NCBI GenBank assembly: GCA_964016885.1
Contig: OZ024748.1
Coordinates: 32,054,001 to 32,118,000, forward strand
DNA from: Eledone cirrhosa
Lineage: Eukaryota
DNA: 64,000 nt
Reading direction: 5' to 3'
The notes beneath the pieces were generated by a model that saw nothing but the letters and a program-made list of their open reading frames with translations, ran no database searches and was not told the origin of the DNA. A program made the translations under genes and the position numbers. Of this stretch, positions 55,425 to 64,000 are shown in pieces; within the stretch, counting starts at the first letter, position 1; each line of letters starts with the position of its first letter.

Positions 55425-58400
55425 ACAAATTAACAACACACCAAAACAATTAAAACCATCCACTCTCGCCTCTACATTTTTGCTTAACGCCCAAGGCATC
55501 AGCCCTTCCACCAATACTCAAAAATGGAAGATCAAATTCCTGGAGGACTGGATTGATGTCCATCCAAACCACATCCCTTTCTTCGTCCTCACTGAAACCC
55601 ATCTCAGTAACCTCCACTTGGAAGCCGAGGTGAAAGTGAAAAATTTCAAAGCCATCCGTGCTGATCGCGCTGGCAGAAGAAAGGGCGGAACTGCCATTTA
55701 TGTCCATAATTCTTTCTCAACAGAGGCTATGAACATATTCACTAATGGATACTGTGAGGCAGTCACTGTATTCAGTCAAACCAACAACCTATTAGTAGTT
55801 GGGCTCTATAGGCCACCCCAAACGCCTGTACCATGCTTCAAGGAATGCCTCAACAGCATAAAGTGTTTCATCCAAGAGTGTCACCCTGACAACATCTTAA
55901 TGATGGGGGACTTCAACCTCCCCGGAGTTGACTGGTCCACAAACACCCTGCCACCAGGTTCTTCTGCCTCAACCTCTGACAGGGAAGCTGTGGAATCGCT
56001 TCTTGACTTCATGGATGATTTCTTCCTATCCCAACTAGTGCTCGAACCAACGAGGTGCCACAAAAACGTCCTAGACTTAATTTTCAGCAATCACACTGAC
56101 AATATCCACAATATTGCAGTGGAGAAAACTCTACTCTCTGATCATGACATGGTTCTCTGTGATCTGAGATTCCACCGTCCAATATACAAACCCAATGTCA
56201 TTTCTCCTGTCCATCCGTTTGACGCTATGGATTTCCACAATGCAAACTGGGAAGCGATCAGTCATGATCTTGCACATGTCGACTGGTCCTTCACGCACAC
56301 TCATACACCCACTAACATCAAAAAGTCCTGGCAGACATTTGTGGACACTGTTACAAACATATGTGCTAAACACACCCCATTAAGAACTATAAACAAATCT
56401 AAGAGCAGAATCCCTAGAAATAGAAAAACGCTCATCAGAAAAATTAAGAGAACGAACAAAAAAATCAACAATCTGAAATACTGTCAGCAGCAACACATCA
56501 ACTTGACTGCCATTTCATCACTAGAGATTAAAAAACATAACCTCCAAAACAACATAATGTCCCTCATCAACAATCAGAGAAGAGCTGAAGAGGCCTGGGC
56601 CATTGAGAAGATCAAACTCAATCCCAAAGTGTTCTTTTCATTTGCAAAAAAACACAAAATCACTGGCTCTACTGTTGGCCCTCTAATTGATGAAAATGGC
56701 ACTCTTCAAGACAATGCTAAAACTATGGGTGAGATACTGCAGAAACAATACTGCTCTGTTTTCAGCAATCCTGATATGGCCGATCTGGGCTGTATCGGCG
56801 ATGTTACTCCCCATTACACCTTATCGGACATAACGTTTGGCGCCCCTGATGTCTTGGCGGCAATAAAGGAAATCAAGCATAATTCAGCAGTAGGTCCCGA
56901 TAGGTTCCCTGCTTATGTCTTGAAGGCGTGTCAACACCAACTTGCTTCTCCTCTTGCCAATCTGTGGCGGAACTCACTGGATGCTGGATATGTGCCAGAA
57001 AACCTTCTATCCCAGTCTGTTGTCCCAGTTTTCAAAAAGGGAAACAAATCCCTTGCCGTGAATTACCGTCCAATCTCACTCACCTCTCATATCATTAAGG
57101 TATTTGAGCGAGTGGTGAGATCGCGAATGACCCACTTCCTTGAGAGTAACAATATGCTGAACTCCAACCAGCATGGATTCCGTAATGGAAGGGATTGCCT
57201 GACGCAACTACTGCATCACTTTGATGACATTTTGAGAGCCTTGGGAGAGGGTTCCAACACTGATGTTATCTACCTTGATTTCAGCAAGGCCTTTGACAGG
57301 GTTGATCATAACATTCTACTGAGAAAGCTGTCCAATATTGGTGTCACTGGAAAGCTGCTGCAGTGGATCAAGAGCTTCCTGTCAAACAGAACCCAACATG
57401 TTGTAGTTGAGGGAGTCAAATCAAGCCCAGCCAAAGTCAGTAGTGGAGTCCCACAAGGCACTGTGTTGGGCCCACTTCTCTTCATCATCTATATTAATGA
57501 CATCACTGACATCATCAAACACAGCAACATTAAAATTTTCGCTGATGATTCCAAGCTCCAAAAGGTCATCAATGGCGTGGATGACCGGATAAGCCTTCAG
57601 TCAGACCTACTGGCTGTTACCCAATGGGCAGAAAAGAACAACATGTTACTGAACGAAGACAAATTCGAACTGATCCACTTTGGAAAAGAGGATGCTCTGA
57701 AACTCCCGTACTCCCTTCCCTCCGGGGAAACTCTCGTGGCATCTAACAACATCAGAGACTTGGGAGTAACCGTGGACAGCAACATAAGCTGGACCACGCA
57801 TATAAGCAGCAAAGTTGACATGGCCCGCAGAATGTGTTCCTGGATCCTCAGAACCTTCCAGTCGAGAGATTCCCGCACCATTATCCTTCTCTTCTCTACT
57901 TTCGCCCGACCACACCTTGAATACTGTTGTCCACTGTGGTCTCCCCACACGAAACAAAGTATCATGAAACTTGAAGCTCCTCAAAGGGCAATCACGAAAA
58001 AGATAGATGGCATGTCAGACCTTGACTACTGGGGTCGATTGGAAAACCTGAAACTTTACTCACTCCAACGTCGCCGTGAGCGTTATATTATCTGCATGAT
58101 GTGGAAAATGTTCCATCATCACTGCCCAAATGATGTTGGCATCGCCTTCAAGATACACCCAAGGCTTGGGCCCCGTGCTATCCGTCCCATTCAAAAATCT
58201 AAATCGCAACTCATAACAACAATACGGCACAATTATTTCACCTCAATCGGCCCTGCTCTCTTCAACATCACACCAGGACACGTCAAAACAGAAACTGACC
58301 ACACAAAATTCAAGAAGTCTTTGGACAAATTCCTCCAAGTAATCCCGGACAAACCACCCACACCCGGATATGTCTCCGCAAACAGTAATTCTCTTCTCGA

Positions 58401-58519
58401 ATGGGCCATGGTGCCCAAATTCTGAATTGAAAGACTTCGCCAGGTGGTGCTATTAAGTTAGACATGGCCTGGGCCAATACTGGCCAAAACATTTCAAAGT
58501 TATTCAAAGTTAAAGTTAC

Positions 58520-58520
<1 letters not shown>
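55420..58520 (+). mobile_element. CR1-group LINE lacking ORF1, with short 3' UTR and (TTCAAAGTTA)-type tail
   Basis: ORF2 as above. Tail ATTTCAAAGTTATTCAAAGTTAAAGTTA. TACATA microsatellite on both sides. Confidence 0.88.
55480..58425 (+). CDS. CR1-group LINE ORF2 (APE plus RT), 981 aa, uninterrupted
   Basis: LNAQG, LTETHL, YRPP, GDFN, LDLIF and SDH (APE); NYRPISLTS, QHGF, DFSKAFD, GVPQG and FADD (RT); RPHLEY, SLQRRRER. The called start is a TTG, and the frame is open upstream to the insertion edge. Confidence 0.92.
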   Translation: MLNAQGISPSTNTQKWKIKFLEDWIDVHPNHIPFFVLTETHLSNLHLEAEVKVKNFKAIRADRAGRRKGGTAIYVHNSFSTEAMNIFTNGYCEAVTVFSQTNNLLVVGLYRPPQTPVPCFKECLNSIKCFIQECHPDNILMMGDFNLPGVDWSTNTLPPGSSASTSDREAVESLLDFMDDFFLSQLVLEPTRCHKNVLDLIFSNHTDNIHNIAVEKTLLSDHDMVLCDLRFHRPIYKPNVISPVHPFDAMDFHNANWEAISHDLAHVDWSFTHTHTPTNIKKSWQTFVDTVTNICAKHTPLRTINKSKSRIPRNRKTLIRKIKRTNKKINNLKYCQQQHINLTAISSLEIKKHNLQNNIMSLINNQRRAEEAWAIEKIKLNPKVFFSFAKKHKITGSTVGPLIDENGTLQDNAKTMGEILQKQYCSVFSNPDMADLGCIGDVTPHYTLSDITFGAPDVLAAIKEIKHNSAVGPDRFPAYVLKACQHQLASPLANLWRNSLDAGYVPENLLSQSVVPVFKKGNKSLAVNYRPISLTSHIIKVFERVVRSRMTHFLESNNMLNSNQHGFRNGRDCLTQLLHHFDDILRALGEGSNTDVIYLDFSKAFDRVDHNILLRKLSNIGVTGKLLQWIKSFLSNRTQHVVVEGVKSSPAKVSSGVPQGTVLGPLLFIIYINDITDIIKHSNIKIFADDSKLQKVINGVDDRISLQSDLLAVTQWAEKNNMLLNEDKFELIHFGKEDALKLPYSLPSGETLVASNNIRDLGVTVDSNISWTTHISSKVDMARRMCSWILRTFQSRDSRTIILLFSTFARPHLEYCCPLWSPHTKQSIMKLEAPQRAITKKIDGMSDLDYWGRLENLKLYSLQRRRERYIICMMWKMFHHHCPNDVGIAFKIHPRLGPRAIRPIQKSKSQLITTIRHNYFTSIGPALFNITPGHVKTETDHTKFKKSLDKFLQVIPDKPPTPGYVSANSNSLLEWAMVPKF

Positions 58521-58556
<36 letters not shown>

Positions 58557-58651
58557 CATATATATATATATATACATACATATATATACATACACATATA
58601 TATATACATACATATATATATATATACATATATCTACATACATATATATAC

Positions 58652-58683
<32 letters not shown>

Positions 58684-58746
58684 GTACATACATATATATA
58701 TGTACATACATATATATATATATACATACATATATATATATATACA

Positions 58747-59215
58747 TACTGGTGGAACCTGAAAATAAAAACTGCCACCAAATTAAAGCACAACCGGCCT
58801 GATATTGTAGTTTGGGACCACACATTGAAAACGTGTTCTGTTGTGGAGATCAGCTGCCCACTTGATGTAAACGTTGTCAGAAAAATACAGGAGAAGGAGG
58901 ACATCTACGGACCATTGATGAGGAGTTTACAAATCCAGTATCCAAGATACACCTTTAGCTTCATACCCATCATTATTGGTGCTACGGCTTATATACCAAC
59001 CCGCTTGGACCAAAGTATGACTGAACTTGGATTTGTGGGCAAAAAGCGCAGCTCCCTAATTCATAGTCTACAAATGGCTGCGATAGCTGGCACCTTCAAA
59101 ATTTGCAAAACATTCTTGCGATTCAAGGGATGACAATTTCTTTTCTTTTACAACCTTGCCACCAGGAAGGTGGCCGGTCAAAAAAATATACTCGAAATTA
59201 AGAGAAAGAGAAAAC
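58747..59215 (+). mobile_element. 3' fragment of an R4/Dong-like non-LTR element (restriction-like endonuclease)
   Basis: Reading upstream in frame with ORF 58825-59133 gives [24 protein letters not shown]...VVEISCP...KEDIY...IPIIIGA, a PD-(D/E)xK RLE signature. Confidence 0.8.
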
Positions 59216-59443
59216 ATATATATATACATACATATATATATATATATACATACATATATATACATATACATACATATATATATACATATACATACATATA
59301 TATATATATATACATACATATATGTATACATACATGATGGCTGCCTCCTTGTTATCGAGTATGGACATTGCACGAGGAGAAAGAAAAAAAAAAAATAATA
59401 ATAATAAATAAATAAAAAGAAAAAAAAAGAAATATATATACAT

Positions 59444-59475
<32 letters not shown>

Positions 59476-59586
59476 GTACACACACATACATTAATAACAA
59501 TAATAATAATAATAATAATAACAACAATAATAATATACATATACATATATATATATATACACACACGCACACACACAAGTATATCT

Positions 59587-60285
59587 ACACACACACACAC
59601 ACGATAGCAACTAACAGCACTGCGATCGAATGTGGCTTTTTAGCCCAGCCAATGATCTAAAATGTCTTGCACAGAGTCCGCAACCAAAACATTCACTGGG
59701 AATAGTTGGCTGTGGGTGGAGTTTGTGTACTTTTGCATGTCGCTTGAGCCCTCCTGCTGATTTACATTCTCTACCACATGTTTGGCAAGCATGATGAGTA
59801 GCATCTCCAACAACAGCCTGGTTGTCAACCACTGGTCTTACTTTATGACTGCGAAGATGACTTTCGAGTCCAGCTTTGCTTAGGCAGAGTCTCGCACATA
59901 CGCTGCATGTCAGCACCATAGGAGGACCCTCGCCGTCTGGAAGTGCAACAGCAATGCCCTTCCTCACATCCCGCTTTACTTTCTCGTATGCGATTCGAGA
60001 TGCCTCAAAGGCAACTTTTCCCTCATATACAGTCTTTCTCCATTTATTACGATCAGCAGCAATATTCTCCCATGTATCAGCAGAGGCTTTCAAGGAATCC
60101 TTATACCTCTTTTTTGGTTTATGTGGCGGTCGTTTTCCTTTAACCAACTCTCCATAAAAGAGTTGTTTTGGTATTCTAGAATCCTTCATCCTGGCAAGGT
60201 AACCACTCCAACGGAGTCGTTGCTTAAGCACAAGAGCTTCTATACTGTCACACATAGAGCTTTCCAAAATCTCGACATCACTGAT
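59587..60285 (-). mobile_element. 3' fragment of a BovB-type RTE with three C-terminal C2H2-like fingers and a (GT)n tail
   Basis: LRWSGYLARMKDSRIPKQLFYGEL..GKR...KKRYKD, then CxxC...SxAGLxxH three times. Confidence 0.8.
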
Positions 60286-60435
60286 GTATGTATATATATG
60301 TATATATATGTAGGAGGTGAGTTTTATTGTAGTACAATAAAGCAATGCAGATATCGGATAAGAAGCACTCTACAGTTTGTGGGACTGGAGTATGCATAAT
60401 ATAAGATCAAAAGATGGTTAAAGGAGTTCAATATA

Positions 60436-60502
60436 TTTTATTATGCGCATTTCAAAAACAAACATCATCAAACAATAATATTTGTGTTTTCATCAGATAA
60501 AA
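60436..60502 (-). ncRNA. Minimal hammerhead ribozyme in the Naiad 3' terminus
   Basis: Same sequence as 30789-30855. Confidence 0.7.
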
Positions 60503-61699
60503 CAGGAGAACATGATATGAAGGCTAAAAAAACACTTGTTGATAGTGCAGTTTTAAATCAACATATGAAAAGTGGTTTTAGATTGATGTGTGATATTGGG
60601 AAAAATATTTTATTTAGAGAGGGGGGGAGAGAAAAGGATGAAAAGGGAAGGAGATGAGAGGGAGAGATGGGTGATAGAGAGAAAGAGATAGTTTTTATAA
60701 CAGAGAGGAGATATATTTTATATAGAGGGGTTGAAAACCGTTGGAAGATACTGTATAAATTAAAAATTTTGAAAATTAACGAAGGGAGGATATGTGCGAG
60801 GAAAAAATATATTATATTTAGGGAGGGGTGGGGGTGGAAAGGATGAAAAAAAGGGGAGGAGATGAGAGTGAAGGTGGAAAGGGAGAGATGGGTGATAGAG
60901 AGAAAGAGATAGTTTTTATAACTGAGAAAAAGATATAATGTTTTAATATAGAGAGGTTGGGAACCGTTGGAAGATAATGTATAAATTAAAGGAATTTGAA
61001 AATTAACGAAGGGAAATTATGTATGGAGATAGAGAGAAAAAAATAACGAAGGGAGATTATGTATGGAGATAGAGAGAAAAAAATAATAATTGTGGGTGAA
61101 TATTCAAAAGGAGAAATGTAGGAATCTTAAAATTAGCAAAGAGAAAATGTTTATGTATAGGATTTGAGAAAAATTTATATTGAATTCATATGTATTAATA
61201 ATGAGTTCGTTGATGGGGAGAAAAAAATAATAATAATAAATTAAGGATGAAATTGAGATTAAAAAGATTTATGATAGAGAGAAAAAATAATAATGATTGC
61301 GGATGAATACTCAAAATGTCAAAAACAAATGTTATTGTTTTACGAAGAGATATAATGAGGGTGATGAGTAAACGGGTATTATAGAGTGTATAATGCCCTT
61401 TAAAGTAAGGTAGATGGGTATATTTTAAAGAATATATGAGTATATATTAAAAAAAATATATATAATAATAAATTAAGGATGAAATTGAGATTAAAAAGAT
61501 TTATGATAGAGGGAAAAAAATAATAATGATTGCGGATGAATATTCAAAATGTCAAAAACAAATGTTATTGTTTTACGAGAAGATAGGAGTACTATAGAGT
61601 GTATAATGCCCTTTAAAGTAAGGTAGATGGGTATATTTTAAAGAGGTGTATGTATATGTGCCATTGAGAAAAGATTCTAAATTGATAAAGAATTGAATA

Positions 61700-63906
61700 T
61701 TAACTGTATACTTTGTGAAAAGTTCTATGGAATTTATGAAGGCAGATGGAAAACAAATCCGAGCGTCTATTTATTATGGATTCTAGGTTAGAGATAATGG
61801 TAAATTTTTCATTTAGGCAGAGATTACAGATTTTAGATAGAGAACTGTTCAAGTACGAGGATGCAGAAGAAATCTTTTTCCAAAAGATGTTATATTTAAT
61901 GTTTTTGTCTTTTAAGGACCATATGAGTTCTGAGAGAGCAGTGTTAGTTCTTTTAAGTTTGTATTTGAAAGATGAATGATGATTATAGAGACGAGCTTTA
62001 AAAGAGGTGGAAGTGGAGCCAAGATAGGTGAAGGAGTTGGTGCTAGTTATAATTTTACATTCATAAATTAAGTTTTTATCGAGGCAATGGTTGTTGAGAG
62101 GACATTTATTTTTAATGCGGCAGTTGCAATTAGAGAGATTATTAATGAGTGATCTAGTGTTATCTATAGAAGGAATTGGATTGGAGAAGTTGTTTGCGAT
62201 AGGAATAATAGGAATAATAGTTTCTTGATTTAGAGTTGGATTATGAACATTTAGCGAAGTTGTGTTTGACGTTGCATTTGGGTTTACAGAAGTTAGCCTA
62301 GGGTTTACAATGACGTCAGGAGTACTATTATTGTTATTATGAGATTCAATATTGGAAGGAAGAGATTTAGTATTTAATATTTTGTTGTTGTGTTTAGAAA
62401 TGATGTTGGAAATATTGGAGGATGTAGAATACGAAAATTTAATGGTGTGTTTGTTAAATATTTTACTATAGATATGTGAGGGAGGGAAGCATTTATTTAA
62501 GGCACTAAAAAATAATTTAGGAATATTGTTATTAATAGAGATGGAGAAAGGAGCATTATACCAGATTATGTTTTTGTATCTAGGTCTTTTATTAAAATTA
62601 TTGGAATGGTTATGATTAAATATTCTACTGTAAGTTTTCCTAGAATTTGTTTCTTTATTATATTTGATTTTATCTGGATAGCCAGCTTTAGAAAGTGCGT
62701 TATTATAGTAATTGGCGTTAGCATCAAAGATGTTTTTATTAGAAGATATGTTAGATATTCTATTTCCAATATTATTAACTATAGCATTCTTGATATTGGT
62801 AGGATGGTTAGATTTAAAGTTAACATAATTAAGATTCTCATTGTTTTTATGGTAAGGGTAATATAGGCCAGTGTCAAGATTAAGAGATACATCCAAGAAA
62901 TTAGCTAGTTTGGTACTATTATCAAATTCAATTTTTAGGTTATGTTGGTTAAAGAGATTACGTATATTGTTCTTAATAATATTAAGTTTAACTATATTGC
63001 AATTTAGGATAGTAAAGAGTCCATCGTCACGATAAATTCCACCGCGAAGTTGAGGAATTTTCCGACTCAAAGAGTTCAAAATGAAGATACCAATTAAATC
63101 AGTCAATTGGGATGAATCGGATGCTCCCATTGTGATGTCGAAGTTGTTAGAGGTATCGGCTCTGGTCCAATATTCGTTGTTGAACTCTAGGATGGTTTTA
63201 CGTGCGGTGAGGATGATGTGAAGTTCATCTGTGGTGATGTCAGAATATTTAAGTGCGAAAGATAGAGCATTATTGAGAAGTGAAGGCGAAATGGAGGAAT
63301 AGTAGCTGGCAATATCGAATTGAATAAATTTTAGTTTGTTTTTATTATCCAATTTGTTGAACCAGCCAATCACTTCAGAAGTACCAAACCATAAATTTAG
63401 GTTTAAAGAAGAGCAATTAGAACTAACCTGTGGGATAATCCTATCCAAGATGGCTTTACTAACAACCCCCAGATCAGATTTAGAGGGGGCGATTAATCTA
63501 ACAGGTAGTTCAGTGCGAAAATTGTTTTTGTGATCCTTGAGATTTATCCTCGGAGTTCTTGGGAGGAATGGTTCGGTCTTTTTTTCAATGCCAAGTTTTG
63601 ACATAATCTCATAGGCTTCAAGGTTTATGCATTCTAAATTTTCATGGTTGGTTTTACGATACTTTTTCCTAAGTTCCTTTAGGATAAGGTTGTTATAATT
63701 ATCCTTGGAAATACCATATAGGTTATTGGTTTTGTCAGAGTGGACTAAAACATTTTTTGAGGAATTTAGGTTAGAGATTGTGTTCTTGAGATTTACAAGG
63801 TGCTCTTGTCCTTTGTAAGGGTATCTCTTGAATTTAAGATTTTTTATAATTTTAGTTAATTCTTCCTCGAATTGTGCTAGATTTTTGTTGGAAGGAGGAT
63901 TTCGTC
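61700..63906 (-). CDS. Naiad-type PLE RT / GIY-YIG protein (open, N-terminally truncated)
   Basis: DKT, KDHK..F, RLI, DIASYYSSI, MGASD, YRDDGL, FLD; CNC-x5-CPL-x3-C, LIYEC...YLGST...R..H, CNLC..EK, C.H. Confidence 0.8.
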
Positions 63907-64000
63907 TCGTAAAACAATAACATTTGTTTTTGACATTTTGAATATTCATCCGCAATCATTATTATTTTTTTCCCTCTATCATAAATCTTTTTAATCTCAA

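Larger units (their letters stand above)
60308..64000 (-). mobile_element. Penelope-like element of Naiad type, 5'-truncated, with an inverted 3' UTR segment running off the window edge
   Basis: RT plus GIY-YIG ORF. 1.4-kb 3' UTR with ~230-bp and 38-bp tandem duplications. 63907-64000 is the reverse complement of ~61485-61580. Confidence 0.9.

Noticed and set aside
59333-59410. Short unique sequence with A/TAA tail
   Set aside because: Probably the extreme 3' end of another non-LTR element, but too short to classify.
59611-60345. 244-aa host zinc-finger gene
   Set aside because: The N-terminus comes from the Naiad 3' end and a microsatellite; the rest is an RTE C-terminus.
61700-63906. Selenoprotein-type Naiad (in-frame UGA plus SECIS)
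   Set aside because: The visible ORF has no in-frame stop and its conserved Cys are ordinary Cys codons. No SECIS was recognised by eye.
63907-63955. N-terminus MRMNIQNVKNKCYCFTR of the 751-aa ORF
   Set aside because: Encoded by the inverted copy of 3' UTR 61485-61580; the real N-terminus is missing.

Overview
AT-rich, repeat-dense eukaryotic DNA. The style of the C2H2 zinc-finger genes, the (GAT)n-tailed RTE LINEs, the SINEs and the TA microsatellites points to a coleoid cephalopod (Octopus-like); this is an inference. From ~0.3 to 46.7 kb the window is a tandem segmental triplication (units ~290-15560, ~15560-29760, ~29770-46540). Remnants of further units lie at 1-290 and 46545-46723. Each unit carries one minus-strand poly-C2H2 zinc-finger gene with a single coding exon. 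Only the middle copy (20314-21687, 15 fingers) has an intact ORF, and only it keeps the putative first exon. The units share old insertions (RTE fragments, a piggyBac MITE, an RTE-derived 61-bp satellite). They differ by younger ones (LTR element, solo LTR, mariner, SINEs, a Helitron-like insert, piggyBac), several confirmed by empty sites in the paralogous units. 46.7-64 kb is a pile-up of retroelements separated by TA/TACA microsatellites: two Penelope-like elements, RTE, an intact CR1-group ORF2, an R4/Dong-like RLE fragment and a zinc-finger-bearing RTE. The most unusual signal is a non-autonomous LTR element whose primer-binding site has become a tandem array of 32-nt tRNA-Trp 3' ends, with a substitution exactly at the m1A58 position. 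There are also many minimal hammerhead ribozyme motifs in Penelope fold-back remnants. All coordinates and alignments were made by eye.
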